A stretch of 64,000 nucleotides of DNA, from NCBI RefSeq assembly GCF_009914755.1, contig NC_060946.1; one strand, 5' to 3'. The notes under the pieces are model-generated. The model had not been told where the DNA came from. It saw nothing but the letters and a program-made list of their open reading frames with translations, and ran no database searches. This DNA is from the human T2T-CHM13v2.0 reference genome, Homo sapiens. The translations under genes were made by a program, and so were the position numbers. This document shows, one piece after another, positions 14,678 to 29,081 of this stretch. The first letter of the stretch is position 1. Every line of letters begins with the position of its first letter.

Positions 14678-15636
14678 GGAATGACACATTGGGTGTCAGA
14701 AAAAAAACACAGAAAACTCCCTAAGCAGATTGGTTGAAAGCAGGCTGACTGCATGTCATCTGGGGGTGCGTCTCCCCCCAAGAGCAGGTTTCACATCTCA
14801 TTCCCCGGTTGATTGGACAAGACCCTTCCTGTCTTTAAGTTCTGTTTTCTTCCTCCCTTTGTCTCTCCGAAGAAAATCAGCTGCATGAAAACGATCCTCT
14901 GGGCAGAAATTGGTGCTGTTGGAGCCGCACAGAGGTGCCCTCCCGTGCCCCCTGGCCCCCACCGGGCCGTGTCTCCTCCTGCCTGTTGCAATCAGCCCTC
15001 GTCCGACTCTTTTTGGAAGTGATTAAAACATAACTGTCATAGCTCTGGGGGAGACAGGCTGCAGATCCTGATTATAATTCAGAAGGATCTAAAGAAAAAG
15101 TAATTTTTTAAAAAAATTCTGGTTAAAGCCAAAGCTCATAAGACGTGTGTGATGGAGTGGTATGCATGAGCACAATTAATGTATGTCCTAGACATCTGCC
15201 CACAGGATTCAGGGCTGGCAAATGAGTGCGTCCCTAAAAATAATGACTAGTGCTATCTTTAAAAAGTCTTTTGTGGCATAGCAGATTAAGATGGATGGCC
15301 TGGGAAGTACAGTGGCAGCGTGTGCTGTGGTATCCAGGAATAAGTTGTACCTCCTCGGGGTGGCAGTGGAACTGGGCCGTGAACAGCTTTTGCTTCCCAG
15401 AGAGGACTGCCATGGCCTGCTGCATGGAATTTGATTTTAATCTGTTTGTTATTTTTGGGTTTGGTCTTGGACTGGGTTTGAAATCCAGATGTGACTTTTT
15501 TTTTTCTTTTTTCAGTTTTCTTTATAGCAGCAATGTTGTATCTTGTGTGTTTCCTAACAAGACTGAGCTCTGAGCAAGGCAGCCTCTGGAACCAAATGTC
15601 TGCAGGCCCAGGAGACCTTTCTAGAAAGTTCATAGG

Positions 15637-16168
<532 letters not shown>

Positions 16169-16349
16169 TTATCTTGGACACCCCTTTCTGTTCCGTGGGT
16201 CTGTGTCTGCCTTGATGTCAGTCCCACAGTTTCGACGACTGGAGCTTTGTAGTCAGGTGTGAAACAGTGGAGTGTGGGTCCTCCAGTTTTGTTCATCTTT
16301 TTCAGATTGTTTTGGCAATCCAGGAGTCCTTTGAATTTACATATGCATT

Positions 16350-16726
<377 letters not shown>

Positions 16727-17195
16727 TAAAAATGATACTTATTATCTTTTTGAACTGCCAAAGTAATATATGCTGCTGAAAACCTGGAAGACAGAAAAAT
16801 CCAATAGAAGGCAGGGCTAATTTTTTTTTTTTTTCCATGTATGTCCCTTCAGGCTTCTCTGTGTTTTTCATTTTTCCTACACAAATTTGGAATCATTCCA
16901 GAGCTAGTAAGCATCTAGGGCCACATTTGGACTAGTACCTTGGGATAAATTAGAGCTGGAATTGCCGGGTCATATAGTGTGCACAGGGCTAGGGACTGAC
17001 TTATTTTCCTTTCTGAATGAAGACTCTGAGGTCTAGAGAGGTTAAATGAGTGACTCAAGGTCACACAGCTAAAACTCTGGTGGAGCTGGGTCTTAATGCA
17101 GACCCTACATATTCATGCCATGCTGTATTTATACAGGCATGTACACCAGCGGGTCGGGATTTTAGGGGGTGTTTTAAAATTCTGCCTGCAAAACC

Positions 17196-17496
17196 TTTTT
17201 TTTTTTTTTTTTTTTTTGAGACAGGGTCTTGCTCTGTTGCCCAGGCTGGAGTGCAGTGTCACCATCACAGCTCACTGCAGCTTCCTCCCAGGCTCAAGCA
17301 ATCCTCCTGCCTCAGACCCCTGAGTAGCTGGGACTACAGGTGTGCACTGCCCCACCTGGCTAATTTTTAATTTTTTTTGAAGAGATGGGGTCTCATTTTG
17401 TTGCCCAGGGTAGTCTCAAACTCCTGGGCTCAAACACTCATCCTGCATCAGCCTCCCAAAGTGCTAGGATTGCAGGTGTGAGCCGCTGCCCCAGGC
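17196..17496 (-). mobile_element. Alu (AluJ-like)
   Basis: T-tail, gagacagggtcttgctctg ... gccccaggc. Confidence 0.9.
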
Positions 17497-18310
17497 AAAC
17501 CCATTTTAAAGCCATGAGCCAAAAATTATAAAAGACATGCAAAATATTATGAGTAGTCACTTATCTAGTATTTGCGGCATCTCTCAGGCTTGGGGCTTTG
17601 CTGGGAGCTCTGAGGGGGTGGAAGAGGCTCTGTCACTGGCCTTACCTGGCTGTCAAGGGCTGAGTGTTTGGTGGAGGGAAGACGTCTGCAGCCTGGGAGG
17701 CTGCGGGTCAGAAGGAGGTCAGCCGGGGAGCTGGGAGGATCGTGGGGAACCCGTGGTGGAAATCAGCATGGCGAGAGAGTGGAAGCAGGCAGAGGAGGGC
17801 TTTGAAGACCAAAAAGGGTAGTTAGGATTGCTGCTCTGTGTGTCTGTAAACTTGGTGTTGTCTCTCGAATTTAAATGACATGCTTTGAAAACAAAAAAAC
17901 AAACAAAAACCAAACCCATAAAATCTCACTAAGTGGCCAGAGCAAGTTCCCGGGGGGTGGCGCATAGATGCAGCGGTCTGGGTTCTGTGGCTGGGGGAGT
18001 TGGCTTGGGGTCCGTGGCTGGGTCAGTCTTCAAGAGCCACCCTGGGTGGCACTCCAGGTCTCTTGGTCTGGGGGGAATACCCTGACCCCAGCGGTTTCAC
18101 GGCCTCCTCCCCACTCAGCCTGGGGGAGAGTCCAGGGTCGGCCCTGTCCCCCTCCCCCCACTCCTGTCACTATCAGTCCCCTGTGCTCAGCTTACTGGCA
18201 GGGTTCCTCCTGGCTGTCCCCTCTGCCTCCAGCGCTCTTTCCTCAGGTGTCCACGCAGCTCGTCCTCACCCTTTTCTGTCTCTGCTCAGATGCCGCCTGA
18301 GGCTCCCAAA

Positions 18311-18404
18311 ACAGGGTCTCACTCTGTCACCCAGGGTGGAGTGCAGTGGTGCAATCACAGCTCACTGCATCCTTGACCTCCCAGGCTCAAGCGATCCTCC
18401 TGCC
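18311..18404 (-). mobile_element. Alu right-arm fragment abutting the VNTR
   Basis: acagggtctcactctgtcacccagg...ggctcaagcgatcctcctgcc. Confidence 0.8.
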
Positions 18405-18412
18405 AGCGAGCT

Positions 18413-21280
18413 TGTTACAATTCCTGCACCAACACGGATACATTGTTACTAAAGCCCTGTACCAACACAGATAGATTGTTACTAAGGCCCTACACCAGAA
18501 CGGATACATTGTACATTGTAACTAAAGCCCTGCACCAACACGGACACATCGTTACTAAGGCCCTGCACCAACACAGATACATTGTTACTAAGGCCCTACA
18601 CCAACACAGATACATTGTTACTAAGTAAGGCCCTGCACCAACACAGATACATTGTTACTAAGGCCCTGCACCAACACAGATACATTGTTACTAACTAAGG
18701 CCCTGCACCAGGACAGATACATTGTTACTAAGGCCCTACACCAGCACAGATACATTGTTACTAACTAAGGCCCTGCACCAACACAGATACGTTGTTACTA
18801 AGTAAGGCCCTGCACCAACACAGATACATTGTTACTAAGTAAGGCCCTGCACCAGCACAGATACATTGTTACTAAGGCCCTGCACCAACACAGATGCATT
18901 GTTACTAACTAAGGCCCTGCACCAACACAGATACGTTGTTACTAAGTAAGGCCCTGCACCAACACAGATACATTGTTACTAACTAAGGCCCTGCACCAAC
19001 ACAGATACATTGTTACTAACTAAGGCCCTGCACCAACACAGATACATTGTTACTAAGGCCCTGCACCAACACAGATACATTGTTACTAAGGCCCTACACC
19101 AGCAAAGATACATTGTTACTAAGTAAGGCCCTGCACCAACACAGATACATTGTTACTAAGTAAGGCCCTGCACCAACACAGATACATTGTTACTAACTAA
19201 GGTCCTGCACCAACACAGATACGTTGTTACTAAGTAAGGCCCTGCACCAGCACAGATACATTGTTACTAAGGCCCTGCACCAACACAGATACATTGTTAC
19301 TAAGTAAGGCCCTGCACCAACACAGATACATTGTTACTAAGTAAGGCCCTGCACCAACACAGATACATTGTTACTAAGTAAGGCCCTGCACCAACACAGA
19401 TACATTGTTACTAACTAAGGCCCTGCACCAACACAGATACGTTGTTACTAAGTAAGGCCCTGCACCAACACAGATACGTTGTTACTAAATAAGGCCCTGT
19501 ACCAACACAGATACATTGTTACTAACTAAGGCCCTGCACCAACACAGATACGTTGTTACTAAGTAAGGCCCTGCACCAACACAGATACATTGTTACTAAC
19601 TAAGGCCCTGCACCAGCACAGATACATTGTTACTAAGGCCCTACACCAGCACAGATACATTGTTACTAACTAAGGCCCTGCACCAACACAGATACGTTGT
19701 TACTAAGTAAGGCCCTGCACCAACACAGATACATTGTTACTAAGTAAGGCCCTGCACCAGCACAGATATGTTGTTACTAAGGCCCTGCACCAACACAGAT
19801 ACATTGTTACTAAGTAAGGCCCTGCACCAACACAGATACATTGTTACTAACTAAGGCCCTGCACCAACACAGATACGTTGTTACTAAGTATGGCCCTGCA
19901 CCAACACAGATACATTGTTACTAAGGCCCTGCACCAACACAGATACATTGTTACTAAGTAAGGCCCTGCACCAACACAGATACATTGTTACTAACTAAGG
20001 CCCTGCACCAACACAGATACATTGTTACTAAGGCCCTACACCAGAATGGATACATTGTACATTGTTACTAAAGCCTTGCACCAACATGGACACATCATTA
20101 CTAACTAAGGCCCTGCACCAACACAGATACATTGTTACTAAGGCCCTGCACCAACACAGATACATTGTTACTAAGTAAGGCCCTGTACCAACACAGATAC
20201 ATTGTTACTAACTAAGGCCCTGCACCAACACAGATACGTTGTTACTAAGTAAGGCCCTGCACCAACACAGATACATTTTTACTAAGGCCCTGCACCAACA
20301 CAGATACATTGTTACTAAGTAAGGCCCTGCACCAACACAGATGCATTGTTACTAACTAAGGCCCTGTACCAACACAGATACATTGTTACTAGCTAAGGCC
20401 CTGCACCAACACAGATACATTGTTACTAAGTAAGGCCCTGTACCAACACAGATATATTGTTACTAACTAAGGCCCTGCACCAACACAGATACGTTGTTAC
20501 TAAGTAAGGCCCTGCACCAACACAGATACATTGTTACTAAGGCCCTGCACCAACACAGATACATTGTTACTAAGTAAGGCCCTGCACCAACACAGATACA
20601 TTGTTACTAACTAAGGCCCTGCGCCAGAACGGATACATTGTTACTAAGTAAGGCCCTGCACCAACACAGATACATTGTTACTAACTAAGGCCCTACAGCA
20701 ACACAGATACATTGTTATTAACTAAGGCCCTGCACCAACACAGATACATTGTTACTAAGTAAGGCCCTGCACCAACACAGATACATTGTTACTAACTAAG
20801 GCCCTGCACCAACACAGATACATTGTTACTAACTAAGGCCCTGCACCAGAACGGATACATTGTTACTAAGTAAGGCCCTGCACCAACACAGATACATTGT
20901 TACTAACTAAGGCCCTACAGCAACACAGATACATTGTTATTAACTAAGGCCCTGCACCAACACAGATACATTGTTACTAAGTAAGGCCCTGCACCAACAC
21001 AGATACATTGTTACTAACTAAGGCCCTGCACCAACACAGATACATTGTTACTAAGGCCCTACACCAGAATGGATACATTGTACATTGTTACTAAAGCCTT
21101 GCACCAACATGGACACATCATTACTAACTAAGGCCCTGCACCAACACAGATACATTGTTACTAAGTAAGGCCCTGCACCAACACAGATGCATTGTTACTA
21201 ACTAAGGCCCTGTACCAACACAGATACATTGTTACTAAGTAAGGCCCTGCACCAACACGGATACATCCCATTACTAACTA
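18413..21280. repeat. large VNTR/minisatellite, about 80 units of 33/37 bp: GGCCCTGCACCAACACAGATACATTGTTACTAA(+CTAA or +GTAA)
   Basis: Read directly; near-identical head-to-tail units with three length/sequence classes. Confidence 0.98.
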
Positions 21281-21670
21281 TGGAGGTGCTTTATTCAGAT
21301 ATCCTCAGTGTCACCTGTTCTCCTTTGGCCGTCTCAGGGTTCCTCCCAGGACACCACATTGCATTCAGTCCTGAGGCTTCTCTGGGCTCTGACAGTTTCT
21401 CAGACTTTCCTTGTTTCTGTTGACCTTGACAGTTTTGAGGATTACTGCTCAGAGAGTTTGTAGACTGTCCCTCTGTTGGGGTTTGTCTGATGCTTTCTTC
21501 ATGATTCGATCAGGTTGTCACTTTGGGGAGGAAGTCTGTGAGGTCAAGTGCCATTTTCATCGCATATCGGGGCACACCCATCTGCACACCTTCGCTATTG
21601 GCGTCGGTCGTCATCACCTGTGCAGGCGTGCTCACCCGGTTTCTCCACTGGATCCAGCTTTATTTTCCTT
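21280..21670 (-). mobile_element. L1MC-like 3' fragment continuing from the VNTR
   Basis: ctttattcagat...gacagtttctcagactttccttgttt...gaccttgacagttttgagga...gaggtcaagtgccattttcatc resembles recalled L1MC3/4 3' UTR (antisense). Confidence 0.7.
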
Positions 21671-23339
21671 TCTATCAACCATCACAACCTGAAACTGTGG
21701 GCGTCCGTGTGTCTCTTGGAGTCTAGTAGAATGTAAGGCCCTCAAGGCAGAGGCCTCGTCTGTCCTGTTTGTCACCAGAGCCTGGTCCGCAGTGGTGCCT
21801 AGTAAGTTAGTCCACCCATTCACCACATCCTTACAGAGCTCTGGCGCCAGGCAGCAAGTGCCGGTGCTGCGGACAGAGCCACAGACAAGCCGGTCATAGC
21901 TTCTGGCCTCATAGACCTTGGAGTCTAACAGGGGAGAGCCTTTCAAAGATTTGCTCCCATTGCTAATGGGACAGGATGAGACAGGGTGCTGGGGGACTGA
22001 GAGCTGTGACGGGGGATGCTCCCTGGAGGGCTGGGGTGGTCTGAGCTCTGGAGGAGGAAGTGCTGCTCAGGCAGTGAGGGAGGGGGTGGTATCTGGGTTA
22101 GGGGAAGTGGCGTGTGCAGAGGCCCCGTGGCGCAGATGAGCTTGGGCTATTTGAAGAACCCCAGCGAGGAGGCAGGGTGTTCGGGTGGCTGTGGCCGTGG
22201 CCCAGGGGCAAGAGGGAGATGGGGAGGAGTGGAACCGGTTAAGAAGTGGACAGAAGTAGGGTGAGAAGGCAAAGTCCAGGATCTGAGACAGGAGGATGGT
22301 GGCCTTCCTGCCTCCCTTCCTTCCTGCCTTCCCTGGAAAGGAGCACGCCTGGGGTGTGGTGAGTCCTGTTAGAGATGCTCACGGAACCCCCCCTCCCCAC
22401 CCCGCCCCGTGGCAGGGGCATGGAGAGGCGGGCCCTGTGCTTAGGGGGTCCTGGGTTAGGGACGGCGCTGGAAGTTGCAGGAGGGCAGAAACCGGCCTCT
22501 GAAGAGAGTGGGGAGGGAGAAGGGGAGCTGTCCAGGGCCCTCAGGCATGCATCATGTAAGGGTCAGGGGAGTCAGGGAGGATCCCCCAAAGGAGGCTGTA
22601 GAGGGTGAAGGAGGAGGGCAGGAAGCCAGTGAGTGTGGGGGTCTGTGGGCCATGGGGGGTGGGGGAGGCAGCTCTTTGAGAACTGAGGGGGTTCGGGTGC
22701 AGCCCTGGGACTCCCAGGCCAGTGCTCTCCCTCCCCCTGCCAGCCACCTCGCAGAGAGATCCCGGGGTGGAAGCAGGGTAGTTGGTGCTGTGCCCTGACC
22801 TTCAGAGGTGGCATTGACAAGACCAGAATGCCACAGGGCCATGCACCTCTCCCTGCAAACCGCCCTTTAATTTATTTTTACCTCTGTTCCTTGTGGGCTT
22901 GTGTGTCAGGTTCGATATTTTTATGTTACTGGGAAAATAGAATGTGCTTCACAGAAATTTGCCTTGTGGCCAATATTGCAGGTTGCAGCTGTTTCAGAGT
23001 GACAGGGGACGGTATATTCTGGACTTGTGCCCTTTTGTTCATCTCTGAGAGGGGCCATAAACTCCCATTTCCGAGAGGTTACTGGGACCAATGAGATCAT
23101 TGTATTAGTTTTCCTTGCACAGGAAAATCACACACTCTGTGCCATTGATTGAGTCCATTTTATTTTGTGGAATAGACATGTCAGAAGCAGGATTGGCCAG
23201 GTGGAATTGTGTTTGGCAGGAGTCCTGTCTTTCCATAGGTACTTTCATAATGGAAGCAATCTCCTTCTGAAGTGTATCACCCGGTGAACTGAATGGAAAA
23301 TCTCTTGTGAAAAGGCTTAAGAGGAAGGCTGGCCTGGAA

Positions 23340-23705
23340 AAATGAAACTCACATCCACAGAGAGACTTGTACCTGAATGTTCATGTCAGCACCACTCACA
23401 ATACCTAAAAAGGGGTGATAACCGAAATAACCATCAACCAAGGGATGGAGAAACAAAATGTGGTCCCCCATGAGATGGAATATGATTCAGCGTAGGCACG
23501 AAAGAAGGACGGAAACATGCTATAACATGGATGAACCTTGAAAACATGCTCAGTGAAAGAAGCCACACATGAAAGGGCAGACATCATCGGCTCCTATTAA
23601 TATGAAATGTCCAGAAAGCCAAATCCGTGGGGAGGGGAAGTAGATCGAATCACACGCTTTTAAAGGATGAATTGTGTGGAGTGAGAATTCTGTCTCAATA
23701 AGGAT
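23340..23705 (+). mobile_element. old L1M(B/E) 3' fragment
   Basis: gacttgtacctgaatgttcat ... acatggatgaaccttgaaaacatgctcagtgaaagaagcca. Confidence 0.75.
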
Positions 23706-23916
23706 GCATACAAAATGCAGCTGACGGTGGTCACACCAAGCCTGTCAGTAATGATGCATAACTTCCCTTTGCTGTCCTGGGTTAGGGTGGGTTGAGACTT
23801 AGGGTGACCAGGGAGGAATGGATATCTTGTGGGTCACCTTGACTGTCTTGGGGTGATGAGAGGGCAGTATTACCAATGCTTAATCATTTGCCCCCATACC
23901 AAGGTGAACACGAGAT

Positions 23917-24240
23917 GCTCTGGTCCTAGTGGCTGCAGAGTTGTGCAGCCTCTGTCCCTGTGCTAGCTCTGGACCTGGTGGTGGCCGCAGAGCTGTGTAG
24001 CCTCTGTCTCTGTGCTTGCTCTGGTCCTGGTGGCCACAGAGCTGTACAGCCTCTGTCCCTCCACTTGCTCTGGTTCTGGCGGCTGCAGTGCTGTGCAGCC
24101 CCTGTCTCTGTGCTTGCCCTGTCCTTGTGGTGGCTGCAGAGCTGTGCAGCCTGGCCCCAGAGCTGTGCAGCCTCTGTCCCTGTACTTGCTGTGGTCCTGG
24201 TGGTGGCTGCAGAGCTGTGCAGTCTCTGTTTCTGCACTTT
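23917..24240. repeat. degenerate minisatellite, about 50-bp unit x about 6 (ctctggtcctggtggctgcagagctgtgcagcctctgtccctgtgcttg)
   Basis: Read directly; ends about 65 nt upstream of exon 4. Confidence 0.85.
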
Positions 24241-24306
24241 CCCTGGTCACTGCCTCATTGCCGTGGCGCTGGTGGACTGAGGCCATAATGCCTGCGTCTC
24301 CTGCAG

Positions 24307-24409
24307 GTCCTCCTCGACTGGATTAATGACGTGCTGGTGGAGGAGAGGATCATTGTGAAGCAGCTGGAGGAAGACCTGTATGACGGCCAGGTGCTGCAGA
24401 AGCTCTTGG
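24307..24409 (+). CDS. PARVB: beta-parvin exon 4 (103 bp; VLLDWINDVLVEERIIVKQLEEDLYDGQVLQKLL), CH1 domain
   Basis: ctcctgcag|GTC ... TTGG|gtgagt; parvin CH motif DLYDGQVLQKLL; frame continuous with neighbours. Confidence 0.97.
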
Positions 24410-25939
24410 GTGAGTTCACAGCAGGGACAGCTCTGTCCCACCCCCATCTCCCTGCAGCGGCCCTGGGCTGGGCCAGGATTCTCTGCATAGTGACATCGGC
24501 CACAGGTCCTAGGAAGACACTCAAAGCTGCAGTGTGCATCTCCCAGGTGGTGCCCAGGCCCTGGGCTGTGGCTTCAGGGTCCTCTCTCCCCTTGCCGTTT
24601 CTACAGAGCACCCAGCCATGGGGCAGCAGCAGGTTGGGGACAGCTTCCAAAACTGCCTGCGGCTCCCATCCTGTTGGGTCTCAGGCCCACTTTGTGTCCC
24701 TGCCACCCTCTTTTGACTTGAACTCCTTCGGTTCAGGATGGGAGGCAGCAGGAGGGAAGCGGGTCTGCAGCAATATTCTGTGAGTGAATGTGTCACCAAA
24801 TACATGATAGCTCATGTTCCCTCACCAGGGGCGGGCTCTAGTGTCTGCATTTGCTGGGTGAAGGCAGTTTAGTGATCTTCCCGGGACTGACTGATGCATG
24901 GTTTGATGTGCAGACAAACCGGTTGTTTATTCATCAGATGTTGGATGAGTCCCGAGGGCTGGGTACCAGGGATACGGTGATCTTTGAAACAGACGTGGTC
25001 CCTGTCCTCAGAACTTACAGTCTGTCTGAAAAGACAAATATTTTTGAATGGTTACAGTTACTGTTCAGATTGCTTGTGATGAGGGCCTTCGGAGATGCCG
25101 CAGGTTCTGAGTAGAGGACGCCGGCCTGGCCTGGGGGTGGGGCGGCCTTGCAGCTCATATGGAAGAACGAGCGAAGAGTTGCCAGGCAAAGAACCGAAGA
25201 GCAGAGTTCGCAGATGATGCATGAGAGGAATTCTTGGACTTGTAGTGGGTTCTCACGATGCCTGGCACTGTCATGTCTCATTGTCACAATGGTCCTAGGG
25301 GGCAGTACTGCCATCGCCTTCGACAGGTGGGGACGTTGGGGCCCACAGTCTCCTGGTGAACAGCCGGGCAGCCTGGCCCCAAGCATAGCTCTTGAGCCCG
25401 GCCGCGGGGCCTTTCTCTGACCTGTCTACGGAGCAGCCCCAGGTACAGGGCCTGGGTCAGGCGCTCCTGCATGATCACAGCTGGTTCTCACAACAGCCCT
25501 GGGGGTCTGGCTGAATGAGCAGATGTCCCTGGTTGTCCCCACGATGCCTTTTGTTTGGATCCAGGAGTGAATCACACATGAACGTTTGTCTCTTCTTTTA
25601 GGCTTCTTTCATCTGGAACCGCCTTCCCTTTCCCTCTCTCCGTTCTGTTCTGTCTTTCTGTCTTTTATGACGTTTTGGAAGGGTCTGGGCCTCTTGTCTT
25701 GTAGAATATCCTCCCATCGGGATCTGTCTGTCTCCTCACGATGAGATCTGGGTCACATGTTTCTGCTGAGAGTGTGACTGCGCTGCCTGCTTGTCCTCCT
25801 GGGGGCATCGTATCAGGAGGAGCACACAATGTCAGGCTGCCTGTCATTGGTGGTGCTGACAGTTTGATCACTGGGTTAAGGCAGTGGCCTATGGGTTTCT
25901 CCATTGTAAAGGTGCTTCTTTCCTGTTAAAAAAACCACT

Positions 25940-26570
<631 letters not shown>

Positions 26571-27479
26571 CTTCTTTCCTTTTTAATACATGGTCTCTAG
26601 AGGGGCAGACTCTGGGACTTTGTGAACGTCCTGTTCACCCATGATGCGCTCCCAATGATTTTATCATCTGCTGATTATCATTCTCTAAATTATGCTAAAT
26701 ATCATCTCTAAATATTATGCTGGAGGTTGCAAAATAGTGATTTCTGTATCTTTATCATGGCTTCCCCACTTATTAGCTGGCATTTTCTTCTGTAAATAAG
26801 TGCTTTTCTTCTCCTGTGTCCTTTTTAAAAAAAAAAAAAATCCCCTAAAATAGAATAACACATTCCCCTGGACTGATGAATTATTTTATGTTCAAAAGAG
26901 AATGGTAATTAGATAGCAAAATCTGGGCCTTATGGGTGCTTGTGGCTCCTGGGGTGTCATTGCTTCTAGTCTCTTTAAGCCAAAAGAGGTAGCAAATATA
27001 TAGTTTTTTAAAAATTGTGAGTTCACACTGCTACTTCTAATTCCAGTTCAATGCTACAAGTTTATCCCTTAACTGTCAGCATTCAGTATTCCAGTCTCCA
27101 GGGAGAACCTTGGTTCCAGAAATATATTTGCTATTTACTCTGATTGCATACAAAAATAGTGTCAGAATTACAATACCAATACCTCTATCAACTACAAACA
27201 TGCTAGGTACAAGATTTCTTTGCCATTATTTTTTAAGTACAATATATCCACTAAGAGTATATAGTCAGAATTCTGTGTCCAGAACTTAACTGAATTATTT
27301 TCTTTTTGAGTGGTCATGTCATCCATTTAATGTATAAATAAATTAATTTGTTTCTCTCTGTATTTAGTTTTTGTGTATATGTTTACATTTAATTTTATTT
27401 AATATTACTTTTAAAAATGTAAAGCATTTACATGCTTCAAAAGTCAAAACTATGGAAATGACATACCTTGAAAGGTCTT

Positions 27480-27860
<381 letters not shown>

Positions 27861-28671
27861 GTCTCACTGCTTTCTCTCCCACGTATACACTCCCAGGTAA
27901 CAATTTTCAATGGATTCTGATTTTATCCTTCTTATGTTTCTTTACAAAAATGTCCATATACACACCTACTCATTTCCCTTTTATTCCTTGCATAAAAGGT
28001 GATGTATTTTGTACATTCTTTTACACACCCTGCTTGTTTCGCTTAATATGTTCTAGGAATCCTTGCATGTGGAGATCACCTTTCTTTTTCTTTATGGCTG
28101 CATTGTACTCCACTGTGTGGATGTTCCTTCGTTTATTCACCCAGTCTCCTATGTGGGGCATTTTTGTCATTTCTAATATTTTTCTATCACCAGTAATATT
28201 GTGGGAATATCCTCGTGCAGATGTTACAGAAACTAGAATTGTTGACCTCAAGTGTAATGGGTTGCTTCCTTGAGCTGACCACTGTAGAGGAAGGAATTCT
28301 CAAATTCTGAGAGGCTTCACCTCTCTCACCTCTGGCCTTCCCAGGTCTGTTGTGCCTTGGTTGATCTTTCCTGTAGCCACTTTCTGTCTTCCCTGGACTG
28401 TTCAGTGTGCAGACATGATGTAATATTTCCATTAAAAAATGGCTCCCTTGCTCCTGCAACACTCCAATTTCTCTGCATCACTCAAATGTATTGACCATTA
28501 GATTTGGCACCGGATGGGTCATTGGTGGCCCAGATGAGAGCAGTTTTGGCGCAGTGGTGGGGGTAACACGCTGATCGGGGAGGGTCCAGGGGCAGAGAAC
28601 TGTGCCTTTGAGGTACATAATTTTGAGAGGGAGAGAGAGGAAGGGAGTGAACCTGTGGTTGCTGCAGCTGC

Positions 28672-29081
<410 letters not shown>

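Noticed and set aside
18413-21280. CRISPR-like appearance of the 33/37-bp array
   Set aside because: Units are head-to-tail with no unique spacers, there are no cas genes, and the context is a human intron
21560-21720. Local CpG enrichment as a CpG-island promoter
   Set aside because: Too short and lies within an old L1 fragment; no other promoter evidence
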